DNA of 63,951 nucleotides, counting the filler, from Albugo candida (Eukaryota), in NCBI GenBank assembly GCA_040437565.1. It is 21 parts of 21 records of this genome, joined end to end, with 100 filler letters (N's around TTAATTAATTAA, not from the genome) between each part and the next. Parts side by side here need not be neighbours in the genome. Positions count along the whole stretch, not along the records: positions 37,229 to 40,134 come from JBDOQK010000253.1; positions 40,235 to 43,139 come from JBDOQK010000254.1; positions 43,240 to 46,144 come from JBDOQK010000255.1; positions 46,245 to 49,139 come from JBDOQK010000256.1; 17 more parts are not named here. One strand, 5' to 3'. Positions 37,835-49,239 of this stretch are shown piece after piece; the first letter of the stretch is position 1, and every line of letters begins with the position of its first letter. A model generated the notes under the pieces. That model had not been told where the DNA came from, did no database searches, and saw nothing but the letters and a program-made list of their open reading frames with translations. The position numbers were made by a program, and so were the translations under genes.

Positions 37835-40134
37835 ATGCAATCTAACAATTCTTCAGAACCATCACGCAAAAGAGCTAGAATCTCTAGTTCAAGATGCTCC
37901 AAAGAAGTAATTGAAAGTCTTGAAATGGCGCTTAAAAGAACCACAATGAACAATGAAACTAACACTCCTATTGAACAAGAAGATCAATTTATGGAAGCAA
38001 TTTCTTCTGAACCAGAGGTGAACTATCTTAGTTCAAATGGTTATAATCAAGATGAATGGGAAGCCGAAGACAATGTTGATATTCTCCAATTGGTTGGTGA
38101 TATGATAAACGAAGAAGAAGAAGAGAGTCAATCTACAAGTGAGTCAGAAGAAGAAAATAGTGATTTTGACTTGTTGCAGGAAGAAAGTTATGAAGCAACC
38201 TATGACGCTAGAGGTAAAAAAAAAAACAATTAATTAGACACTAAACTTTTACTAATATTTTTTAATTACCTTAACCATATGTCAAATAGAATATCCAGTT
38301 GTTGAAAACATAATTGATGAAAGCAAATACCACGTTTGTAATATTGCTGTCCCTTCTTTTCCTTTTACTGCCATCCAAACATATAATATTCGCCTCCAAC
38401 AAATGTACCAAGAAAGTAATGTTCCCCGAGAAGGTCAAAGAAATATTTCAAAACTGATCAATGAAATGCTTTCCGATGAAAGTTTAGGTAAAAAAAAAAG
38501 AAACAGTTTAGTATAATATTTTACTAATTTTTATAACATTACTTTCCTTTTAACCCATAGATAAAACTAGTAGAGTATGTGGCCAAGACACTTGTGATAA
38601 ATTAGTCCAAAGAAAGGTTTCTACCAAATTGATAAATAACCACGAAGTATGTTCAAAGGGTTGCTATTTGTATGATATTAATGAAGATGAAAACCTTGTT
38701 GCTTGTCCCAAGTGTGGTAATGAAAGACGTGGTGCTGGTGTAAAGATCCAGAAATTCAGAAGAGTGACAGCAAAGATAGGAGAAATGATTATTTGTGACG
38801 AGACAAGGGAAAAGCTCATGTACAGACACAACAACTATGCTCCCACTAGTCCTGCAGTTACCATTGACCAAGATCACAAAGACAAAGTGTACAACGATAT
38901 TTTTGACGGAGAGTTATATAGAAAACAATGTGCATTAAAAAAATTTGATAATAAGTTGGACATTGCGTTGAAGTTGGATATTGATGGTTTTAGAAGCAAA
39001 ACGTCGAGTACCCATATGATTATGATCCATGTTGTTGTCCTCAATTTTGATATTTCTGAAGTGAGTGAATTGAAACATAAAAACTAGTTAAATAATAAAT
39101 TAGGTACTAACTGTATTATATTTACCATAAAGCGCTTTACAAGAGAGAATACATTCCAAATTGGTATCATTCATTATGACAGCAAGAAGACAGATATGCG
39201 TTCATTTTTTAGACCAATTTTAAAGGAACTTCGTGCCATCCATCGTACTCCAATTCTTGTAAAACGTAATGGTGTGAATTTTGGTATCAGTAGATGTACG
39301 GTATTGGTCATAGGTGCTGACGGTGTTGAACACAACTCTTTGATGTATTTTTCGGGAACTTCCAATTTTTATGCTTGTCGTTTCTGTTTAGCTAAAGGAA
39401 AACATCGCGTTGATGGTGGGTTTGATGAAGAAGGCAACGTTAAAGAAGGATCGCACGGCATTTACCTTGACTCAAGAAATGATGAAATCCGGAGCCATGC
39501 CAGCTTACTCTTACAAGATAAATCACCTGCATATGTAAGTATCTTTAGTAATTGACATCTGCAAACATTTATATGAGAAGAGCTTACGTTATTTGTTTTT
39601 CATAGGCAAACGAAACATATGGTATTAACGAGGTCAACACCTTTTCCAAGTTGAAATCATTTAACTCTGTTGCTTTCTTTGCTCTTGATGAACTTCATAT
39701 GATAAGCAACATTGCAAAATATGTTTTTGAAATGATATCGACGCGTTATAACAAAAACTATAAATATTTAGGCAACGAATCCGTATACCCATTTGAATTA
39801 TCAAATGCTGCATTTGTTGCTCTTTCTAAAAGTGTTTCTGCCTCTAGGTCATTAATTCCTGCTTCTTGCTTTAAAGGTTCATTCCTCCCTCTTGATATTA
39901 GCAATGCAAAGTCCATCTATAGATCCGCTGAATGGCATGATTTCTTGCTCTACTATTTCCCGACATTGATTTGTGCTCAATATGAAGACGCTGAAATTGT
40001 CAAAGGACTTCTTAGCTTGGTTCGAGGTATCGCTTTGTCTTTGCAGTTTGTGATCACCCAGGAAAACTTGAAGGAAATTGAAAAGTAAGTAAAAAAATAG
40101 TTTCGTCTTTTTCTCTACGAAACTCACCTGTTTT
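37835..40134 (+). CDS. CACTA/EnSpm-like (Tnp2-type) transposase, 5' part, multi-exon, 3'-truncated
   Basis: HEVCSKGCYLY...CPKCG zinc motif, YNDIFDGELY, LKLDIDGF, YACRFC, FFALDELHMI and YRSAEWHDFLLYYFP, separated by short GT-AG introns. Confidence 0.85.
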
Positions 40135-41521
40135 NNNNNNNNNNNNNNNNNNNNNNNNNNNNNNNNNNNNNNNNNNNNTTAATTAATTAANNNNNNNNNN
40201 NNNNNNNNNNNNNNNNNNNNNNNNNNNNNNNNNNAATCATTGCATTGATCACCTATTCCTTGCTTAAAAGTAATAAAACACCGTTCATGAAGTCGCATTC
40301 ACTCCTAATTTTTTACTTGCATTCCCCTATGTTACGAGTTCCAAGCTTGAAAAAGGTTTTTACTGAGAAAAGTGTACGATTAATTCATTCTATAAGCCGG
40401 AAAAAGGATTTCCGCTCGGAATAGATGCTTTGTACCGATTTCTTTGTTTCGTCACTACAATGTTGTAAAATGATGAGCGACCACTCAACTCTTTCATTCC
40501 AATTTCAAGAGAAGGTATTGGTCTCCTCGCACGTGAAAAAGGCTTATGCCTCATTGTATCACCTATAGACGCACAAGATTGGCCACATTGAAAGACTTAC
40601 AATATACTGAGGAAAGGTTTGACAACTCATGATGCAAGTAGAACCGATCGACACGTCCTTTGGATTTCGCTGGAAAGAGATTGCGCATAATTTGGAAACT
40701 TGTTGACCGGCAACAGGAGAGCGTTGTCTTCAGCCACGGGAGGTGGAGAAAAGTATGTTATGAAACAATCGTCTTGAACGGAGTTTGGTGCGCATACAGC
40801 TCTTGCTCCGTATTGGTTTCATTAAGTCCACAAATTCTACATGAAATCCACGAGCATATCACTCACAAAGAAGCGTTTTATGCATCCCCTCATGTCAATA
40901 TTTGACACAAGTGCGTACTCTGAACTAGTCGACACAAGGCTAAAATCAAGCATCAATCATACAAAAGGACACAATCGATATGATGGATAACATCATATAA
41001 ATATCATAACAAAAGAATGTTTTCAAGAGGTTTTGTTTTATACCAAGTTCCTCCATAATTCAATAAAAACTAATGTGGGAACACCATCTATACTAGAGCG
41101 CGATAGCTCTACGTATCGAACCCTTCGAGCAACATTCGAGAAGGAAATGTCAGCGTACTCGGGTTGCAGTTGAGATACTGTGCGTAAAATCCAGCTATCG
41201 ATAGCGAATTGTGCAGATCGAATTGTGTCGAATTCTTCCTTTCAATACAAACGCCAGTCATTACTATAAAAGTTGATTCACGCAACAATTGGCAACTTCA
41301 TAACGTGGTCAGGAATCGCACAACTGTTTTGGGGTCGCATTTCCTCCACTAACAGCCTGCCTCCTCACATTGTTAGGGATCATATTTCCTCCAATAGCAG
41401 CTGCTTTTATGCTTTATTTTTCTGCTGAATCTTTTATCGAATCGTTTGATGTCGTCCTTACGTGCTTCCAAGTAGCACCTCAAGGAGATTCATCTGTCGA
41501 CCAGATTCACTCACTCAATCA

Positions 41522-41537
41522 TCTCATTCTCCAATTA
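41522..41537 (+). promoter_or_regulatory. Oomycete Inr/FPR core promoter element
   Basis: TCTCATTCTCCAATT matches the oomycete GCTCATTYYNCAWTT consensus and lies about 42 nt before ATG 41579. Confidence 0.6.
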
Positions 41538-41578
41538 ACGTATCGACCCAACCATTGCCGCGTGACATCACAAACACT

Positions 41579-42869
41579 ATGGTTTCCAAAGTACTTTTGA
41601 AATCTACACTCATTGTTTGGATTTGGGTCTATGCGATCTCCATCTCGACAGTTGAGACTAAAGCAATGGTTGGCACTCAACAAAAAGATAAAAGCACCCA
41701 TCAATCATCCAAAGCTAATGAGATTGAGGAAGAACTCTGCTATCCGCGCATGAACACATCAAGTCTGACAAGACCACAAACCCCTTACCTCATTTTTATG
41801 GGGAGAAAATACTTCTTGCGTCCAAGGCTGTGAACCGACTGATATGGTACGGACCCGACGAGAAATTTTTCCGAGTGATAGAAGATTTCAAGAAGATCAA
41901 GAACAAGAATGGATGGAATCTATTGAAATGGTTTAAGTCTACAAAGCATGATGATTGGGATCAACAATTGTTGAAGATTTTTGATCTAAGTAAACGATTT
42001 CAGAGCAACCTAAAAGAAGATGAGAAAATCAGCTTGACAGATGAATTGATTCATTTGCTGACTTCATCCTCTAAATCGATTCCCAGCTCCGAGAAGAAAT
42101 CACATGGGCAAACTGCATATGTTGTTTTCACCGAGATTCTAACCCTTTTTATGTAATGATCTTAAACAAACGGCATGATTACTTAAAGGAATTCATTCAT
42201 CCGTCTATGGAAGCATCTAAACCAAGCTACATTCCAATCGATTTTCAGTCTTATTTTCTGCGCTCAAGAGCCCCATCCCCCTCTGATGTAGATCTACAAC
42301 AAAGGATATCGACTGAGCGCAATCCAATGGAAACATACATCAAATTGAACTGCCATTTACTCGATAAGATTGTAATGGACATATTTTCGAATTTCAGATA
42401 CGCCATGAAAGGCCTGTTTGATGCTTTAAGGAAGCTTATACGTGCGAATGAAATGAACCGGAGTGAAATCATATCATGCGCTTCGGATATGTTTGAAGCA
42501 ACGAACGCGTTGATTACAATTGAATACAATAAAGATCTTGTCAATATCTTTGTTGAACTATTGATGCAATTCAAGACGGAGCATGAACGGATGATGGATG
42601 ACAGATGTCGAGCACACCGCACACACGCTGTTCATGTTGTGAAAGAAATGTTTTTTACCTCTGCAAGAATTGCCCTTTACCTTAAAAAACGTTTTATCTT
42701 TTATGGGAAAAAGCACAACATGAAAGTGAAGCTTTACAACATGATTATGGGAGAAAGGCATAAACCGGCTGAACATGTTAAACCGGGTGAAGAGCAAACT
42801 CAACCAGTCCACAAGCACTCGCCTGATACCACTGATCCGGTGCCCATTCGTACAACCCATGACGCGTAG
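41579..42869 (+). pseudogene. Secreted-protein / candidate effector gene (~430 codons) with two frameshifts
   Basis: Signal-peptide-like MVSKVLLKSTLIVWIWVYAISISTVET. The frame shifts near 41736 (EEE / LLSAHEHI) and in the T run at 42146-42150 (LTLF / YVMILNK). Helical body, TAG at 42867-42869. Confidence 0.65.
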
Positions 42870-43239
42870 GAAGTTGTTCTGCGGTTGCAACCTAATTTGA
42901 TCGAAACGCAATACATAAGAAATTTTCCGCAATTTTTTTTCTCATGCGAAAGTACCCACCCCGCGGTATCGACAGAACACGTCTCGTCGTTTCTCTGACA
43001 AAAAGGAGCGAGTTATTTATTATTATATATTGAGGTGCACGTTCCGGATTGAACGGGTTTTGTACAGATTATGGTCACATGAAAAAAGAAGACTTGGTTT
43101 AAGTGATAAGTGAAAGAGTATGTCCTTTATATGACCTACNNNNNNNNNNNNNNNNNNNNNNNNNNNNNNNNNNNNNNNNNNNNTTAATTAATTAANNNNN
43201 NNNNNNNNNNNNNNNNNNNNNNNNNNNNNNNNNNNNNNN

Positions 43240-45529
43240 CTAAACACTCGTCAATTCTTGGTAAAGGACTAGTATTTCTAACGGTGAGTTGATTCAATGC
43301 CCTATAGTCTATGCACATTCTTAAACTACCATCCTTTTTCTTGCAGAATAATACCGGTGCACCCCATGGTGAAGAACTTGGTTCAATAAGGCCCAATTCC
43401 AAAAGTTCCTTGATATGACGATGTAATTCATCCAATTCTACTGGACTCATCTTGTAGGCTTGACGGTCCACTGGTTTAGCATCTCCAGTATTGATGACAT
43501 GTTGAAAACTTCTTTCAGGAGGTAAACCATTCAATTTAGATTGAAACACATTAGGAAATTCGCTAACTAGAGCTTGATACCATTTAAGATTACCATCTGA
43601 GGCAGAAGAATCCAGTGTATTTAAACTTGAAGGACAACCATAAGATATATCACCATTTTCTTTCATGAACAAAATACCAGCAATGGTATCTTTTTTCTTT
43701 AACCAACGACTAGCTTGTTGATAACTAATCAGATATGAAAGAGAGGAACGAGGAACAGCATCAGAGTTTCCATCTTGAACACCTTTAGTATATGTAGGTT
43801 GGATATCATAACTACGATTAGAAGAAACATCCGAAATACGCATAATATCATTCTTGAAATTCATATTTGGACAATTTGCCTTTAACCACGAACGACCTAA
43901 GATAATGTCGAATTTGCTATCATAGACAAAAGAGGAAACAATACTCTGATGACCTTGCAAGTTCAACTTGAAAGTAAATCCTTCATCAATACGATCTACA
44001 GATCCACAAGCAGTTTGTACTTCACAATTCAAACCAGTTTGAGATATACCATATACAGTACGAGCTATACGAGGAGAAATATAACACTCACTTGCTCCAG
44101 TATCAACCAACGCAAAGATGACCATAGGTTGTTGAGATTCAACATGCTGCACAGTACCACAATACAAAGGGAGATCAGTCTTGACACCAAGAGAATTGAA
44201 TTCAGCAGTCTTGAATCGTTTCAAATCATTAATACAACCAGAAGCATCTTTGACATTACATACTAATTTTTCATCTTGAAAAATCACAGGTTTTAATTCA
44301 ACAGGTACATTATGTTGAGCACTACCAACATCAGGAACGTCCATAGCACTTGTAGAAGGAGTAGCCATAGTAGTATCACTGACAACATAAGATTCTTCAT
44401 GACCATCCAACAATGCTTCGTTATCATCCAAATTAGGTGTAGAAGGGACATTATCAGAATAATGGGTAGAATTCATATTTTTATTACTAACATTGTTATT
44501 ATTAGGAGAACTATCACCACTTGCAGAAAATCCATCTTGTTCAACAGAATCAATAACATTGAGTTGAGTACGACGACGAGATCCAGAAGAAGACCCTTTA
44601 CGATTACCACGACGATCACCACGGTCTCTCATAGCTTGTTCCACCTTTTTATCCATTTCAGCACGAAGCTTGTTACAAGTACGTTTTGTATGACCAACCT
44701 GATTACAGTAGAAACAAGTGACCTTATTATTATTAGGAGGACCATAACCAGTAGAAAAATTACCATTATAGCCACCACCTTGTCTCATCATACGTCTGAA
44801 TTGATGAATAGCATTGATCTCCATTGGATCATCAATTTCCATACGAGTAGCAGAAGAAGTCATAGGAGTAGTAGGTGCATGAATATGATGCTGAGTAGCC
44901 AAATGTCTTGCAAGAGAATCATACTGAGGATCACGAGCAGCTTCGTAAGATAACGCAGTTCTGAAATAAGTATCCAAATTTCGTTGATGACGAGGCAAAT
45001 TACGAATAACAGCACGAATATTCTCGGAAGAAAGACCACGCATGAACCGATCACATTTTTCGTCCTCAGCAAGGTCTGGTAATATGTGAAGAACATCTTG
45101 AAAAGTTTCTACATATGCTTCAACAGTTGACTTTTGAACACAAGAGGCAAGAAGGTCACGAGCTAAGAGATCCGCATTTTCAGGTCGATAATGCTGAATG
45201 AAAACATCCTTAAAAGCAATCCAGTCTTGAGGTGCAGTTTCTTGTTCCTTCAAACGTTTAATCCATTGACCGGCACGACCACTTAAATATACCACTGCGA
45301 ATTTGTATGTTGCTACATCATCCCAGCCATGAAATTCTTTTTGGTTTTCAATTGCCGTTATCCAATCATCTATTACCACCGCATCTCTAACACCATCATA
45401 AGTTGGAGGGTCCTTGAGTTTCACAGGAGGTGGACGAGGAGCATTCATATTAGCAGCATACATACGCATGAGCTCTTGATTCTGCCTAATAGTTTCCAGC
45501 ATGAGTTGGGTGGTATCTTCGTTTTCCAT
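43240..45529 (-). CDS. Ty3/Gypsy gag-pol polyprotein (gag, CCHC knuckle, protease, RT start), uninterrupted, 3'-truncated
   Basis: PPTYDG gag start, [59 protein letters not shown]...LPRIDE. Confidence 0.96.
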
Positions 45530-45583
45530 TTTTTAAAAAGTATAAAAAAAAAAAATCCTTGTGACTGTTCTTGAAAATACTCG

Positions 45584-45840
45584 ACGCGACAATAAATTTC
45601 TGTCCTTGAAAAATAAAAAATAAAAATACCACGCGACTAAAAAGTCCTTGAAAAGTAGAAAGTATACGCGACTATATAGAGTCCTTGAGAGTAAAGAGAG
45701 CGCGACTAAAGAGTCCTTGAAAATAAGAGAGTAACGCGACTAGAAAGTCCTTGAAAATAAGAGAGAGCGCGACTAAAGAGTCCTTGAAGATAAAAGAGCG
45801 ACGCGACTAAAAAAATTAAAAATAATTTCTAGTCCTTTAA
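45584..45840. repeat. Tandem ~33-35-bp repeats in the Gypsy 5' leader (7 CGCGAC cores)
   Basis: Consensus CGCGACTAAAGAGTCCTTGAAAATAAGAGAG, repeated head to tail with substitutions. Confidence 0.9.
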
Positions 45841-45941
45841 AAAAATATTGACAACAATAAAAAGAGTTGACAATAACGATATGATAAATTAAATAAACCT
45901 TGTTCCTAGAACGAGACAATAAGAAATGATATATCTTTTTG

Positions 45942-45955
45942 TCCTGGTGCTACCA
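45942..45955 (-). promoter_or_regulatory. Primer-binding site TGGTAGCACCAGGA (initiator-Met-type start)
   Basis: TGGTAGC lies one nt after the LTR end ...TTTGACA on the minus strand. Confidence 0.75.
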
Positions 45956-45956
45956 A

Positions 45957-46144
45957 TGTCAAAGTAGATTTTATATGTGACTATATAAAATATACTTTAA
46001 AGAAATATATATAGAATAGAAGTAAACGACTATTAAGATATATATAAAGTTATGAACAAAGGGAAAAGATGGGTTTTATTCAACTGAATATTGTAACAGC
46101 ATTTAAAATAATATAATTCAAAAGTCCGGTCCGAACAGGTCCGA
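45957..46144 (-). repeat. 3' part of the Gypsy 5' LTR
   Basis: Ends in CA next to the PBS; truncated by the contig edge. Confidence 0.7.
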
Positions 46145-46244
46145 NNNNNNNNNNNNNNNNNNNNNNNNNNNNNNNNNNNNNNNNNNNNTTAATTAATTAA
46201 NNNNNNNNNNNNNNNNNNNNNNNNNNNNNNNNNNNNNNNNNNNN

Positions 46245-49139
46245 TAGTATTGTCAACGAATCTTAAAAGGCGACTTTTTACTAGCGCGAATTTAAAGTCG
46301 TACGATTTTTTTTTCAGATTTGGAAGATTCGTGAATAAGCTGGAAGCGAGTTGACAAGATTCGTAAGGATTCGACTCGGATCGAATATTAATTAAGATGG
46401 TGTAACGTACTTTATCGTGTGTAACCACGACAGTTAAAAACAGCAAAAAAGGAAATAAAAAAAAGATTTATCAAAAAGATATTTGTTTTACAGTAGAGTA
46501 GACAGCAGCAGTGCCAGTGTTATAATAGTAGTAGACACAAGAATGTTGATAAGAAATAAATATAATCTATAGTTATAGATGACGTTTCAAATAATAGCTA
46601 ATGATTTATGCAAAATTTTAATCACAGGATGCGATATGGGATCATATGTTTATTATTTTCTGCCCTAAAGAGCTGTTTGTTTGCTTTTTTTAAGGAGGTA
46701 CATTATTTAATTATTACATTTCAGTAATCTGTGATACGCATGTATGATATTTACCATTTGAACTTGGTATAAATACTGATAATTTTAGTTTTCTGAGAAC
46801 ATTTTCTATTTCTCTTTCTCTTCTTTTTTTTTAAAAATCAAAAGAAAACATGTTGCGCGTATTCTCAAAATTCGGAGATAGATAGACTTTTGGGGTATTT
46901 TTATAAATAGACCATAGACCCATGTTCTACTTTTTTTCCTTTTCCTCTTCTTTCTTTTTCCACTTTTTCGCTTTGCTGAAGGTCGAGTAAGCTTTTTACG
47001 AAGGTATGTAACATTAATAACTATCCTAATGAAAAAAAAAACTGATTGTCATGTTTTATTTGCATGTGGCAATTGTAAATGTAACATTAACATCGTAAAA
47101 GAAGATCGCTAATATTTTAATTATTAGTTATAGAAAAGAGAGACTATACAGTAGTCCAGGAGAGAGCAATTGATATACATTAGTGTATTCATATTTCAGT
47201 AAGTGACCAATCTGTGAATTATTATACATCACACTAACTTCTCAAACCATTGACTCTTACAGCAGAGTTTATAATATTCTTAATTACCGTTATCGATCAC
47301 CAGGGTGTACGATTTTTTTCTTTATTAACAAGGTATGTCTTTTCTTTCAAAGTAAATTAAATTAAAGCACATCTCAACTAATACATAATTGATAGAATCT
47401 AAAATAGTGCTAGAACAAAATCAGTTTAATATAAAAAAAATGGATGAAAACGATGAAACTACTAATCGTCAAATCATCACTGATGATGAAGATCTCGTTA
47501 TTCAACCAGGCGGTTATTTACATACTTTATTAAACGAAACACAAAATTACCAATACATAAATGCTAATAACAACACAACATCATCTCAAATGTCTTACAC
47601 CAGCGATCAAAATAGATCTGTCTCCACCATGTCCCACTTATCTCACGCTGTCAGCAATGCAGTAACACTACAAAATCAACAAAACGTTGAAGACTATAAT
47701 AAAAGAAGCAAAACAAACATTATGTCTGATAGAGATAGAAGTTTGACGGTGATTCCTTTTTGCGGTGTAGATCGTTTTGTTAACTCAAAATATGAAGGCT
47801 CAAATTCTATTGCTTGGTGGAATAGATATGGATATGGTGTACGAAGTGGAGGTTATATATATTGTTGCGTTACAAGAAGAGAGAGGAACAATTCTTGTCA
47901 TAATAGATATAAAAGTGAAACGTTAACGTCAAGCAGCTTTACCAACCACCTGAGAGATAAACATAATAAATTAACTGAAGAAAGACGTATGTTTTCCCTT
48001 TTTTTGACTATTTCGAACCAATTTTAACTCTTTACTCTCTATTAATATTTTGTAGACAATGCAATTATTCTACTTTTAGAAGAACATAGAAATAATTTAC
48101 TTTATAATGGTACTGCCAACGATGAAGGTCAAGCTCAAGGTCAAGATATTTATTCTCACGAATACACGTACAATTTTATATTAAATCAACTTAGATTATC
48201 CAACCAAATCACTCTTGACAACTTTGTATCTCAATTAAAACAAATCAAACCTTCAAAATTAAACTTTACCAAACAAAACTTTTTGCAATTATATGTCACC
48301 TTTCATTTAGCTAATCAATTACCATTGAACTTTGTCACAAAAAACAAAAGTTTTCAAGATTTATTACACTTCAGCTGTAACTCAGATACTTTAGAAAAAC
48401 GTGATGTATTAAAACTACCAAGTAGAAATACTGTGAAGAACACAATTATTAGACATTATCAACAAGTAAAACGACAAGTCATTTCCAGTTTATTACAAGA
48501 ACAATCCTCTTTATGCTTTACCACTGATTGTTGGAAATCCGAAACAGGTAATTCTTTCTATGTCAATTCTGAAATATGAGTGATACTAATTTTTAATTTA
48601 CAAATAACGTAGGAGTTGATTTTATGGGTGTTACTTGTCATTATATTGATAAAAAACTGTGGGTACCTAAGCAAGTTACATTAGCACTGAAATCAATGAA
48701 AGGACAATCCCATACAGGTAATTAGCTTACACAATCATACAATAGCGACAGCCAACTAACATAAAGACAATATAGGTGAAAGCTTGGCAAAAACCTTTAT
48801 TAAAATATTGGATGATTATGAAATTACACACTTACTCTTCACAATTACGGCTGATAATGCAACTAACAATTTCAAAATGGCTCAAGTAATAGAAGAAATG
48901 TCAATTCAAAGGGGCGATTTCAAATTCAATGCCAAAGAAAATCTGATCCCTTGTTTTGCTCACGTTATCAACCTCGCATGCCAATCAATGTTATCTGTTG
49001 GCTTAGAATCTGAAGGTCCCACAACTGACAATGACATTTATGCCGCTTTAAAGGAATTAGAACAACAACAACAACTACAACTACAACTACAACTACAACT
49101 ACAACTACAACTACAACTACAACTACAACTACAACAACA
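46245..49139 (+). mobile_element. hAT transposon, left end plus 5' half of the transposase (ATG ~47440, multi-exon)
   Basis: Contig begins TAGTATTGTCAACGAATC (hAT-like terminus) followed by GATTCG subterminal repeats. Protein motifs: BED-like C..C..H..H, LPSRNTV, FTTDCW, ITADNATNN, IPCFAHVINLACQ. Confidence 0.9.
49062..49139 (+). repeat. (CAA)n then (CAACTA)n microsatellite within the hAT ORF, encoding Q5(LQ)n
   Basis: Directly visible; the contig ends inside it. Confidence 0.95.
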
Positions 49140-49239
49140 NNNNNNNNNNNNNNNNNNNNNNNNNNNNNNNNNNNNNNNNNNNNTTAATTAATTAANNNNN
49201 NNNNNNNNNNNNNNNNNNNNNNNNNNNNNNNNNNNNNNN

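Noticed and set aside
43949..45574. Plus-strand ORFs (e.g. 44312-44953) opposite the Gypsy gag-pol
   Set aside because: Antisense shadows of a codon-biased long ORF; low-complexity Ile/Thr/Arg translations.
45584..45840. CRISPR-like periodic repeats
   Set aside because: The units are contiguous degenerate tandem copies without unique spacers, lie in a retrotransposon leader, and no cas genes are present.
49062..49139. Telomeric repeat at a contig end
   Set aside because: It is in frame within a transposase exon, grades from and back into CAA repeats, and does not match TTAGGG/TTTAGGG-type units.
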